Below are positions 51,952-64,000 of a DNA stretch of 64,000 bases, in pieces. How positions within the stretch are numbered: position 1 is the first letter of the stretch; each line of letters starts with the position of its first letter. The translations under genes and the position numbers were made by a program. The DNA lies in the NCBI GenBank assembly GCA_024137785.1, contig JAHRHZ010000222.1, positions 36,952,277 through 37,016,276 on the forward strand, read 5' to 3'. The stretch comes from Ginglymostoma cirratum. Lineage: Eukaryota. Under the pieces are notes generated by a model. That model had not been told where the DNA came from. It was given only the letters and a program-made list of their open reading frames with translations, and searched no databases.

Positions 51952-53299
51952 TACAGAGTCATTTAATCAATTCACCCTAGTCAGTAACCTAACTTTGCTA
52001 TGCAGATTCCTTCCACTTCTTGAAATAAATCTTTGAAGAAATACAATCTTTGAACCAAAACTAATGAAAATTCTTCTATGTTGCACTTTGTAATACAATG
52101 AACCAATGAATTCCCATATTCTATCTTTTAAAAGTTTATTTTTACTCGCAGAAAATCCCTATAAAGTAACTGAAGAGAAAATAATATTATCATTATTCTT
52201 AACACTCTTATACTTAGTCATCAGAACACAAGGTGACCCTCTTTGAGGACATCCAATAATGTCTCAAGGCAAGCATTTCCCTTTGTAAAACAGTCTAACG
52301 AATGATAATCTGTACTGTCCCATTTTACTTAATGCCCCTCCTTTCTTTACAACATTTCCTTCTCACTAAGAAGGTCGATCCTAAACTCTTTATTTCTCAG
52401 TGATAACACTTTGCCAATTGAACATTATCTCACTGACTTATGTAACATTTTATGGGAAAATTTTTCCAGATCACCTCTTATATAACATTTCCTTCAAATT
52501 ATACAAGTATATCCTCATATCTATTGCTATCATCCATGCCATTTTAATTTTCATGATATCCCAGGTCAATAGACAACATTTGCAATTCGTTCCCACCAAG
52601 AGTATGATAAACTCTGCTGTACTAGATGACACATTTGGAAGTTTGGCATGTGGGACATTGCTAAAAAGGAAGAGCTTCATATGTTTAAGGTCACGCACCG
52701 CTGAACACTTAATTGTGCATATTTCTGAAGTTAATTGCTTTAATATTTTATTTCATCTCAAAATTTCCATAACTGCGCCATGTTTCACCATAGTACTAAA
52801 TTCCATTCTGAGTGCTCAACCAGTTTAACTGTCCAATCAAATTCCTACACTGATCTGTTACTCCTCTGGATGCAAAATCATCTTTCTGATTTTTCGAGAT
52901 GAGATTTACATTTCCATGTACAATTGCAGATCCAAAGATACTCCCAACTTATTTTATTTAATATCTAAGTTTATATATTCAAATGCCCCAGAAGCCTGGC
53001 TTTCAATCTTAAATTCCTTTTTTACTTTATCTTTCGCACAATGTTCAAATTCCAAAGGATCTTTCTAAAGAAAAGTTCTTGTTATCCATTGACTTACATC
53101 CATTGTGGGTTCCTGCAGTTGGGAAATCCATTCTAATATCTTGATCATCGAGTTCATCTTTGAAATCCTGAGCCATTATTCTGACCTCAGTCTTAAAAAT
53201 CTCATCATGGAACTCTTTCCTGTGTATATCTGTCTGTATGGTCTAATGCAGAATTTAAATATGCAGAAGGCCCAAAGTTATTTTATTTCTTTCTCCCTC

Positions 53300-56040
53300 T
53301 AGCATCAGGTCATTACAGACATGAAGGGAAATTAAGGTTAACCAAAGAAGTATTCACATTATGAATAAGGAAAGGAGCTGTAGTGTACATTGGGTTGCGA
53401 AATCCTATACCTTTTTACTCCTTCCACCCATGAGCTCTCCTTTCCACAAAAAAAGTGTGTCTTTGCGGAAAGTGTCCCTATTTGACTGCTCTAGCTGCCT
53501 TCCTGCACTATCACTACCTGCTGGTAATAGTCCTGACACACTGCTCAAACTCCCTTGCTAAGTGCCCTCCCTCACTACTGCCACTTGGAGGCTCTGTTAC
53601 ACATGTCCCTGCTTGAAACCTGCTATCTTGGCAAGTACACACAGTAAAAAGTGACCATTTGCTATGCAGTTGCATGATTAACAGGTTCAATTGTGCCATG
53701 ATGGCTCGAATGCTCAAGTTCCCATTCCTAGCACTATTCTCTTCTTGCATCAAATGGTAAAGTTGGCATGATATTCAGCATTTGCTTGAGAAGACTTTCT
53801 CAGCTTTTATCATCCACTTCCTTCCAAAGTGATCTAGGCTTTGTTGTTTAAGTTTCCATCACTGGAAACTCCGCCCTGCACCATGTTCCTGAGCAGAAGT
53901 AGATCTCCTCAGACCAGATGCATCCCTCGGATTCGCAACACACAGGTCACTCCAGGCTTCCATGTCACTATGCAACCCCACTCTTCTCAAGCAAGCATGT
54001 ACTGACACTTCAGGTTCTGCAGTATCTCTCAATGAGATGCTGCCTTCACACCAGTCACCAGACCTCCACAAGTACAAAAACAGGCTCAGTCCCGTTATTA
54101 CAAAATTCAAGGACTGTAAATTCCATTGCACGAACCTCCAGATATCTCTGGGTGACTAGGAATTCAATGCTGAATGAAGCCACTTTCCTACTTTGGCCAA
54201 AATATACTTGTTTCCATTCAGATAGAAGTCATCAATGTCAGCAGCCATCCTGGACCAGTATGATTGCTCACTGGTCAGGGCAGTTGTATTTTATGTCGCT
54301 TGGTGTCCTATTTGATCAGGTGCTACTCCCAAAAATTGGTACATGAGACTGTCGGGAAGGATAAGTTGATTCACCTCTCTCTCCTTTTCATGAATCCGCT
54401 GTTAGATGGCTCAATATTCCTCCCTGAACCTTTTCTAGCACCTCAACAGTTTCCATACCTATTTGGACTCCCTCATCAGTTGGCAGATGTGGCGGATGTT
54501 GGACCTTCCAGTAACGGTGCAGTCTACTGACACCTGAAATTGTTCGAGTTTCTCTTTCAAGATAGATGCTAAATGTGAAACCACAGATGCTCTACTTGTC
54601 TGAACCTTGCTTAGATCTCACACATAGGTACATCAGTGACAACTGGCTGAATCTTAGTCCGAATGTCTGAGGGTTTTGGGACTGGAATGCTACTTTTGAA
54701 TTGGGGCAGGGGCAGGGTGACACTCAGAGCTCATTCTTGCCAGGCAGGAATAGGTTTCCTCCAATGGTCAGTCTTTCAATTGAGGGCATTGGCATGGGCA
54801 TTACTTTTGTCTGCCTTGTATTGCGTATGAATTCAGTGGACAATTTGGATTTCTGGTGCTTCAATCTTTGGCTGATATTAGAAAGCAGCTGAGTAGTTTG
54901 TTGTTTGAAAATACTTCAAATTCAACAGTGATCAGAAAGTCCCTTAATTTGTGGAAAATTAGTCACCGCTAAGCTAGCAGTTTGAGTCTTATAGATGAGT
55001 AATGCTCGATTTGTTTCTCATCTGACTTTAGAATTCAAATGGCATAAGCAAAAACCATCTTTTTCTGCCCTTGAATCGCTGACAGTACCACTCCTAGGTG
55101 AAAGAAACTAACATATGTTTCCGATATGAAGGAGTATGGAAATCTGGGTAGTGAAATACAGGTGATGAGGCAAGATTCTGCTAGAGGGCACATATGAAGA
55201 TGTCCATGATATATCGCGTCTCGTATATCTTTTCCAACCACTTCTGTAGCATTCTCTGATTTCCTCAGCACATTGTGGAGTGGGATGAGCAGCTTACACA
55301 ACACTAACCTCCTCAAGTAGTAGCTACACCAAAGGAACCTATGTAGTTCAACCCCTGAATGAGGTCTGGGCCACTCCTCCACTGCTTGAATTTTCTCTTC
55401 ACCAGGAATAAAGACTTATTTTATAACAATGTGCTCAAGGTTCTGTACTTCTGGCTGGGAAGTTTCACATTTCCTTAGTTTAACTCAAGGTAAACTGTGA
55501 CAAGCAGGTTCTGGTGGTATTTTATCTTTCAATTGTTTCCTTGAACATCAAGCTGAAGATGAGTATGTTATACACAATAAAGGACTGAAAATTTAGGTTG
55601 TTAACCTAAGTTACCCCCTCACACAAATGAAGGTACCAGGGCAATACAGAGCCCAAACTGTATTCTTGTGTATTTGCAAAGTTCCAAGGCGCACGTTCAA
55701 AATGCTACATTTTCAATGTTTTGCTCAGCAACAGATAGCTGGTGATAACCATGGACCAAATCGAGACTAAAAAAAAGCTTCCGTTCCTTCTGAAATGCAA
55801 GTTACTTTGGCGCCTACTTTCAGTTGCTGTCCTCTATGGCTACTATACTTCTGTATCACTTTGTCCATCTTGTGTCAGCCCTTTATCTATCATAATTTGA
55901 CGGTGCTAATTGTATGCAAACTGCAAGGTGCTTGATCACTTTTTACAATGTGTTCAGACTCTGTCGCTGTGATTAGAGACACTTAACAGTTAGGAACACA
56001 CCCAGATGGTCTGGCTGCCAAGCTGTAAAATTACTTTTTC
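53300..56040 (-). mobile_element. Ty3/Gypsy pol remnant lying between the Copia IN and RT
   Basis: FFSLDLVHGYHQ (~55745-55778), LGVVLSAIQGQKKMVFAYA (RNase H), IQYKADKSNAHANAL (~54780-54828), QLILPDSL...DQIGHQ (integrase zinc finger, ~54295-54370); order RT-RH-IN. Confidence 0.8.
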
Positions 56041-56838
56041 TCCTGTTATTGCCTATAACTGTACTGAAATACTTTCACTTTTTGTAATAGACCATGCTGC
56101 TGAACTAAAATTTATATCTGATGGCCTTATAAGATGTATTAAGGCTGAGCAAATTTTCCCTAAATCTCAACCTTAATGCATGCAGGACATTCGACCATTC
56201 AAAAAAAAAGGAGTCAGTTGTCGTCTTGTCTCCAATTGGATGATGGTCACTCATTACCAAAAGAAGTTCTGGATTTCTTCCAAAAAACAATGGATATGTG
56301 TACACTCTAAACATTTACAGTGAGTTATTTGTACGAGTTATCTGCCATATCATGGCAGGTACTAATTTGTAACTTGAATCATTTTATGGATCATCTCATT
56401 TACCTCTGTTTTCTTTTGCATGTTTGATTGTTAAAGAGACTTTCTGCTGCCATGTTTATTACTGTGAGGTTCATATTTTCACATATATCCATAAATTAAT
56501 AATTGGCACATTTCAACCAACCGTCAGTGAGGAACTTAGCTGGCATTCCAAGTCTGGTCCCTAACCATGATCTTGTCTACGATTACGCCTTTTCATTTAC
56601 TATTTATTATTGTAGACTGGCTGAATTCCCTGATTAGGCATCATACTCATGTTTGGCTCAAAAAAAATCTAGTTACCACGTCTATAAAGCACAAAAAGAT
56701 TTTTTTTCTCTCTCAAGAGCCCATACTTTCAAGTCTATTGCCATAGATTCATTAAAGTCTCTAGCCAATAGAAGACTCTATATGGGTCATGGTGGTGAGG
56801 TTGTTGATTTGCTCGCCGAGCTGGCTTGTTTCTGTTCA

Positions 56839-56872
56839 GACATTCCGTCACCACGCTAGGTGACATCACCAG
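56839..56872 (-). ncRNA. Mutated hammerhead core in the Penelope 3' pLTR
   Basis: CUGGUGA-U-GUCACC(UAGCGU)GGUGAC-GGAA-UGUC: perfect 6 bp stem II, three substitutions from CUGAUGA/GAAACGUC. Confidence 0.55.
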
Positions 56873-59212
56873 TGGAGCCTCCGATAAAGCGATGCTATTC
56901 TATTCCGTTTGGAATTTATACTGTCTGGTCCATTATGGTGAGTACTGTCATTTCCGGTTTTGATCTGTATGGGTTTCTGTATATATGGCGTCCAATTCTA
57001 TATGTTTGTTGATTGAAGTATGGGTGGAGAACCATGCCTCTAGGAATTCCCGTGTGTGTCTATGTTTGACTTGGGCTACTATGGTTACTTTGTCCCAGTT
57101 AAACTGATGGCCTTTGTTGTTTGAATGTACAGATATTAAGGAGAGTTCATCGTGCCGTTTTGTTGTGAGCTGATGTTCGTGTATTCTGATGGCTAGTTTC
57201 CTTCCTGTCTGTCCAATGTAATGTTTGTGGCAGTCTTTACATGGTACTTTGTAAACCACGTTCGTTCTGCATGTTGTGGGAATGGAGTCTGGGCTTATGG
57301 GTGGCCCATAAGCCCACTTAGGAGTCTTGTTGTCAGTTCTGATATGTTCTTGATGTAGGGAAGTGTGGTAAGTGTGTCAAGGCATACTGTGTCCTCCTGT
57401 TGTTATTTGTTGTGTAGGCATCTGTGGATGAAGTTGTGGGAATATGCATTCCAGGCGAGGATTTTGTATAAGTGTTCTTCCTCTTCCTGGCGTAATTCTG
57501 GAGTGTTGCAGTGCGCCCTGGCCCGTTTAAATATTGTCCTAATGCAGCTTTGTTTGAGGACGTTGGGGTGGTTACTGTGGAAGCTGAGGATCTGATCAAT
57601 GTGGGTAGCTTTTCCGTACACTGAGGTTTGGAACTCCCTGTTTGTCAATCACTCTATTGTCCAGAAACAGAAGTTGATTGTTGGTTTCTTCTTCGTCTGT
57701 GAATTTAATCCCTGTGAATACGCTGTTGATGAGGTGGTGGGTCTCTTTTAATTTGTTGCGTTTAATAATGACAAATGTGTTGTCTATGTACCGGATCCAC
57801 AGTTTAGGTTGAATGTGGGGGAGGGTGGTGTGTTCGAGTCTTTGCATGACTGCTTCTGCGATGAGTACTGAGATGGGTGACCCCATTGCTGTACCGTTGA
57901 TCTGTTTGTATATTTGACCATTAAAAACAAAGTGTGTGGTGAGGCTGAGGTCTAGTACTTTAAGTATGTTGTCCTGGCTGATGGAGTTACTGGTCTGTGC
58001 TGCTGTTTCCTCTAGTAATGTGGCCACTGTTTTCTTTGGCTAGTGGGATATCAATTGATGTGAATAAAGCTGTGACATCAAAGGATACCATAATCTCGTC
58101 GTCGCTGATTTTTTTATGTTCTTAAGGGTATCGAGGAAATCTTGGGTTGAGTGGATAGAATGAGGTGATCTGTCTACTAGGTGTTTCAATCTCTGCTGTA
58201 GGTCCTTGGCCAGTTTGTGTGAAGGTGTGCCCAGTAGGGAGACAATAGGTCTGAGAGGGATGTCTGGTTTATGTACTTTAGACAGTCCTGAGAAGCAGGG
58301 GTGTTTGTGTCTTCTAGTTTCATTCTCATGAAGTCTGTCTTGGTTACCTGCCCTGCATTCATTAGTCGCTTCAGTGTCTGGATGATCCTATTACCGCGTT
58401 GCGGTGCTGGGTCCATTGCCACCTCTTGGTAAGTGGTTGTACCTGCAAGCAAAGTCTGTGCTTTCTTAACGTAGTCTGGTTTGTTCATAATGACGGTCAT
58501 GCGCCCTTTTTCGGCTGGTAGGATTATGATGTTCTTGTCTTACCTGAGTCTGTCTAGTGCTTTTCTCTCTGCTGTGTTCAGGTTGTCCCCTTTGTTCCTT
58601 TTGTGTAGCGTGGGGATTATAGTTTGTTGTGTTTCGTCCGTGAGTTTGTTGTCTTTTAATGTATTCTCTAGAACGGCCATGAAGTCTGCTCTGTTCGCAA
58701 TATTGTGATTATAGTTCAGTCCGAGTAATAGGACAGCTTTCTCAGTTTCTGTGAGCTGTCTGTTAGATAGGTTTCTTTATCCATGTGTCTGGTTTGTTGT
58801 TGTCCTTGTTTTTGTTGTGGATCAGTTTGGTGAGTTTCTCCTGTAGCTCGTGTCTCTTCTTAGTTTTGGTTTTATGTTGATTGACGGTGATGGCCTGTTC
58901 TAGGGTTGTAGACCATTGCTGGTTCATTGAGTTTAGGTACTTGGATTTTTGGCGTGCAATTTCTCGTCACTACCTGTGGAGTTGGTTATGGGCATCATTA
59001 ATCACTGCTCATAGTATTCTGTATCCGTTCTGCTCAGCTGTTTTATATGCCTGTGGGATGTTGACTGGAGGTTTATATTTCACACTGTGGGCAGTACTTG
59101 GTTCCTGAGGCATTCGTGGAGGAAGTGAAGTTATTCGAGGATAGAGCCCAGTCGGTTGGCAAAGTTTTCCCATTGTCTGGCAATTTTTGGGGTGTTATGC
59201 TCATAGTTGTCT

Positions 59213-59367
59213 AAAGTATTGGCAAAGATCTGTAGCTTGGGTTCTGGATGAGGTTGTTGACTTGCTCGTCGAGCCGGCTCGTTTTTGTTCAGATGTAACA
59301 AGCCAGCTCGACGAGCAAGTCAACAGCCTCATCCACAATCTGAGTTACAGATCTTTGCCAAAACTTT
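59213..59367. repeat. Imperfect hairpin at the Penelope 5' end (inverted pLTR)
   Basis: ttggcaaagatctgtagc...gctcgtcgagc pairs with gctcgacgagc...tacagatctttgccaa. Confidence 0.85.
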
Positions 59368-61209
59368 TCAGGATCATGAGGGAATCCTCCTAATTGTTTC
59401 TTTACATATATCACATTTATTACTGTAAGCTGAGTGCCCTAATCATCACTTACTCCTGTACCTTTTACTTAGACTTTTAATATGTGATAGGAAGAATAGG
59501 CAAACTACCAAAATGGTTTTGAGATATTTAGCCTTTGTTCATTTAAATCCATATTTCCGAGTTCCAGTGCCACCTGTACAATATTTTGATTTGAGAAATT
59601 AGGTCTGTTAATGGAATATAATTATGTCCGGATTGTGTTGAACTGTAAATTCACTGACTTCCCAAAAAACAATTACCTTTTCATGTTCTATTATCAAGTT
59701 CATTTGAGCATATTTTTTCATAGTTGGCCTACTTAACAGTAAGGGTATTTCACTTGTCACAGCATCTGTGATAGTAAAATAGTTTTTCCCACCTATTTTA
59801 CAAGGAATCACTGCTCTTTTGAATGAATTTAGCATGTGATCATCCCCAAATCTGGAACCAATGCAGCTAGTAAATTCCTTAACGTTATTTTAGGTGCTTA
59901 CCATCTGAAGAGTCTGGTTTTAACCAATCTGGTCCACACATCATGGACATGCATCCATTGTCCAAAACTATGCAATTGAACAAGTCCCCAACTAAAAAGT
60001 TAATTACTAATCCCAGGTTCCTTGTTGTGTTGACAACTCCCTCTGCCTAATCAGTATGACTATCTACTCTTTCCAAACCATCTGTATCATGTGTAATTTC
60101 AAAACTCTTATTGTACAATCTAGGACAATGGTACTTCTGGTCATGTATAAAACACCCTGTTTACCAGTCCCTTGGACATTCCCAGGGTTCATTCTTCTGT
60201 CGTGGTTCCCTGGTTCCTGCGTCTGTTACAATTTCCAAACGTATCCTCTACCCTTACTCCATCTAGTTAAGATTATTCTTTTGTACAGATGCTTGTGACC
60301 TATGTCTGGACAGTCTTACCTTTCTGCTGCTATTGAATCCTCCCTTCTTTCTGGCCTGCTGCATGTCCCATTTGAGCCGTGAAAACCACTGGGAATGAAA
60401 GTTATCCCCAAATTTCTTATTGAGATTTTGAACATCTGTTCCAACAATGTGTTTCCATCTGAAAATCTGTCTCTAGTAAACACTACAGTCAATCCAAGTA
60501 CAACAATTTAAAACAGCCCAACAATTTAAAGGCAAGCACCAAGTCAGGAACCTCTATATATTCACGATTGGAAAAATTTAATTCAATTCCATTTTACGAT
60601 CTTCTATAGAGTAACCTGCTGGCTTTCCGAATTTATCAAAGTCTGACCAAGTTTCATATGTATTTAATGGATTTTTTTTGTATGTTTTGTCCATATACAT
60701 TAACTAACTTACAGTAATCTTCCTCAGAGCATAATTTTCAAAGCTCCATCTCTGAGATTACAATACACCTGAACCTGTTTCTTGTAGGAAGTGGAAGTGT
60801 CAAAGCTACACCTTATTTCTTTTACTTGAGCAAGGAGACTATCCCTATCCATAACTCTAATTAATTTTTCCATTCATCGTAAACTTTACTTTTACAGCAC
60901 CACAGTGAGGAATGATATCACGACACTTTGCACCTGGTTTCAGCCATTCTTTTAAAAAGGAACTCAAATATGCAATTTTCCAACAGAGAAAAAAAGTCCA
61001 ATTTTCATCTTCAGACACCTATCCTTACTTACCAATGGTAAGTTGGATCTCAGCCAGCTGGTGAATTAGAACTTTCGTCAATTGACTCTATCACAAAAAG
61101 AAAACTTGTCTGAACAGCCACACAGCTCATACAACACCCTCAGACAATAACTTAAATAATTAATACCAGCCAGCAACTTAACTTTTACTATCCTTATATT
61201 AGAGACCAA

Positions 61210-61680
61210 ACATCTCAGTCCCAAAGCATCACTGCAGGAGTTCCTCTGGGTATTGTCCTAGTCTCAACCATCTTCAGTTGCTGTAATGTTCTTCCTTCCT
61301 TCAAAAGGTCAAAGGTGGGGATGTTCACTGATGACCATCATGTTTGGGATCATTAGCAATTCCTCTGATATTGATGCACTCTTTATCCACATGCAGCAAG
61401 ATCTGCGCAATATTCAAACATGGGCTGACAAGTGACAGGTAGTTGCTTGCAATGACCTTCCCCAAAAAGTGGGAATCTAATCATCTCTCTTTGACATTAC
61501 AAGTCATCATCATCGCTTAATCCCCCACCATTTGTATCCTCGGGGGTTATCACTAACCAATAAGTGAACCAGGCCAGTTGTAAAGATACTGTGGGCACCA
61601 AAGCAGGTTGGACACAAGGAATTTGAAGAAATTAATTCACCACCTAACAATCTGAAAGTCTGTCCATCATCTACAACTCG
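61210..61680 (+). mobile_element. LINE RT fragment (CR1-group)
   Basis: AGVPLGIVLVSTIFSC, GMFTDD, MQQDLRNIQTWADK*QV. Confidence 0.8.
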
Positions 61681-62744
61681 TGTATCATGGACTGGGGCTA
61701 GGATCCCTACATTGTCGAACCAAAATGCTGGCTGCTCTGTTTCCTCAACAGCCCCACCAGGAGGGACGTTGGTGCTGATGCAGCCTGGGGTCCCACAAGG
61801 TCATTTCAATATTAAGGTGCCCTCAGAGGTACGGATGTAAATTGCAAATTGTAAGGAGAAAGGTGCCATTAGGGGGAGAAGAGGGAGGTAGAGAGCAGGA
61901 AGATGGGCTCCTGGAAAAAGTAAATTAAGAATTAAATTTAAACTAATGATTAAATCTGAGGCTTGCACCCTTATTACAAGATTGAAAAGAGGGATGTGAA
62001 TTGCCCACCCACCATCCCATCCCAGTTACCGCCAGAAGCAAACAGGTTTCGGTTTGAAACATTGAATAACACCGAAAGCACAGAAATCCATCAGTTTTTC
62101 CAGTTCAAAGTTCCCTCCATAATACTAGACTGCTTGAATTTGGCATGGAGTCAGAACTATACCTGAATATAATGGACACTGAAGCAGTGAGATTTTAGGA
62201 ACTGCCAAATGGCCTCAGGGTCTGTTATTACGTAGAAAGGTCATGAGTGCCGGAGACAACAGTATAAAATCTTAAGTTTCAATAGGCACAGCGATGCTCT
62301 ACTTTTGAAAACAATATATTTGTAGGATTCCTTAAAAAGAGAGCCATTTAATCTTAGGAGAAGTTAAGCTTTTAAAAAATGTGTCTCATGGAGCAGGGAA
62401 AGTCGGACATAGGGTGAGTGGACCAAACAGAGTGCATTACTGGTGTTCAGTGGTTGGAGAATGCTTTCAACAGACGCAAAAAATGCTGTACACATACAAA
62501 AGCAATTACATATTGAGATAATGGTCTAATAATCAATCACATCCCAGGGAATAATTAACTCTGTGGGTTAATTAATAAAACTATAAAGCATGTTTGTAAG
62601 ATATGAAGCAGATATCAAAGCAAACCAACGGAATTCTTTGTGTGCAGCTTGCAAACCAATGGCAGACAACTGGCAGGCAGAGTCACAACACTGAAGACAC
62701 ACAACACATTCAGTTCTTAAAGGGGCACTCTCTTAAAGGTAAAA

Positions 62745-63200
62745 ACACATAGGAACATACGACTAAGGAACCGAATAGATCATTCGGCTCCTCAAACCTG
62801 CTCTGCTATTTGGTAAGATCATGGCTTGCCTGATTACAGCCTCAATTCTACTTTTCTGTCACCCCTTAAATTCTTTGACTCATTTGTTAATCAAAAACGC
62901 GTCCAATTCAGATTTAAGAAATATTCAATAAACTTGCGTTCACTCCTCTCTTGGGAAGACAATTCTGTAGATTAGTGACCAAATGAGGAAAAATGTCCTC
63001 ATCTCCATCTTAAATGGGAGAACTCCTTTTTAAATTGTGTCATTGATGCAAGAGTCTCCACATGGGAAATTTTCTCTCATTATTAACCCTGTCAAGTCAT
63101 GAAGAATCATTTATGTTTCAATAATATCCCCTCTAAATTTCAGCCCAAGCATTCTAAATCTTGCTCCATATTTATCCCGAAAACTCAGGATAAGAGGGAT
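62745..63200 (-). mobile_element. CR1-like 3' fragment
   Basis: catagga...cattcggctcctcaaacctgctctgctatttggtaagatcatggct; similar to 23315-23690. Confidence 0.8.
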
Positions 63201-63889
63201 GTCTAGATCAGATTTTTTTAAAATCTAAAGGTTTGCATCTGTTCACTTTCTATTGAATACAACTGTCTTATGATGTCTTCTTTTGTTATGATCAGTGTTT
63301 TATATCTAAGTGTCCATTATGAATAATAAGCATACCTGTATGCTATTGAGGACGAAGTAACTATGAAAGTCTTGCGGACTGTTACCCCAGTCCATGAGCC
63401 TGAAGCTGAGAGTTCAATTTCTATTCCAGGGCTAGATTTTCAAGGATGGGGAGTTGATGATTTGGCCAAACCTGCAAATCCTTCCAACACACACTAACAG
63501 GAGATTGGTTAGAGTAAGAGAGATTTGTGGACAGTCATGTAATGGAAAGGAAGATGAAGCTTCTACCATCGCTAGCAATGGCCCCCAGATCGCACCATGT
63601 ATTTATAATATGTAAGGCGCATGTCACCACACCAAATGCTGACTTACTGCGTGAATCGCGTGAACTGTAACACACCATCAGGAGGTCAAAGAGGATTTCA
63701 GTCGTTGCCTGCTTTATGTCAATGCAGAAAATACTGTATCAGAATAGTGTGCGCAGGCTAAAACTGAAGTGGACTTTATTCAATGCTGAACAGTACAAAA
63801 ATGCAGTAATATATAGCCACGTATAAGGAGTACAATTATGAAAAACAGTCAATATAGAATTTGTATCTTTAAGACACAAGTTTGTTATT

Positions 63890-64000
63890 GAGTCATTGAG
63901 TCATATAACACAGAAACAGATCCTTCTGTCCAACTTGTCCATGCTGACTAGATTTCCCAAACTAAACTAGTCCTATTTGCCTGCATTTGGCCCATATTTC
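63890..64000 (-). mobile_element. HER/CR1 LINE 3' end, running off the window
   Basis: gagtcattgagtcatataacacagaaacagatccttctgtccaact...ctagtcctatttgcctgcatttggcccat. Confidence 0.8.

Larger units (their letters stand above)
56792..59370 (-). mobile_element. Penelope-like retroelement (RT + GIY-YIG), long but frameshifted
   Basis: QINGTAMGSPIS...WIRYIDNTF (RT), VYKVPCKDCHKHYIGQTGRKLAIRIHEH (GIY-YIG), ILPAEKGRMTVIMN; terminal repeat 56792-56843 recurs at ~59245-59295; TSD-like gggtcatg (56784-91) / ggatcatg (59371-78). Confidence 0.95.
52100..61200 (-). mobile_element. Decayed Ty1/Copia LTR retrotransposon hosting nested insertions
   Basis: Minus-strand order gag (~60950-60400, YDEWKN..ELW), protease (~59990-59620, NCIVLDNGC, IPLLLSRPTMKK), integrase (56780-56100, LARDFNESMAIDLKVW, PAKFLTD, DICENMN..AAES, LFFGRNP), RT/RNase H (53050-52400, RNLIGQLNWLSTQ, KLFLFSNVPHAKLP..FIILLVG). 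PR-IN-RT-RH order is diagnostic of Copia. LTRs not clearly resolved. Confidence 0.8.

Noticed and set aside
52400-53300. Possible env-like ORF downstream of the Gypsy integrase
   Set aside because: Translation shows Copia RT/RNase H motifs instead.
1-64000. CRISPR arrays, operons or prokaryotic defence systems
   Set aside because: No regularly spaced repeats or dense ORFs; the sequence is vertebrate repeat-rich DNA.

Overview
AT-rich eukaryotic genomic DNA, almost certainly from an elasmobranch (shark): it carries HE1-type V-SINEs, many CR1/HER-like and L2-like LINE fragments, and Penelope-derived repeats. No intact protein-coding gene can be supported and most listed ORFs are spurious or lie in decayed transposons. 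Main content: (1) short inverted-repeat elements with hammerhead-ribozyme-like cores (CUGANGA-N-stem II-GAAACGUC), flanked by 9-14 bp target-site duplications; both 400-N assembly gaps fall inside such elements; (2) a long decayed Penelope-like element (RT + GIY-YIG) and a Gypsy pol remnant nested in a decayed Copia element (52.1-61.2 kb); (3) six or seven pieces of a PIF/Harbinger-derived family, several retaining a Myb/SANT-like ORF; (4) a ~2.5 kb frameshifted coiled-coil-like stretch on the minus strand (29.3-31.9 kb), possibly a large exon of a dead gene; (5) a tRNA-Ser(GCT)-like pseudogene. Family calls come from by-eye motif recognition, not database searches, and boundaries of old repeats are approximate.
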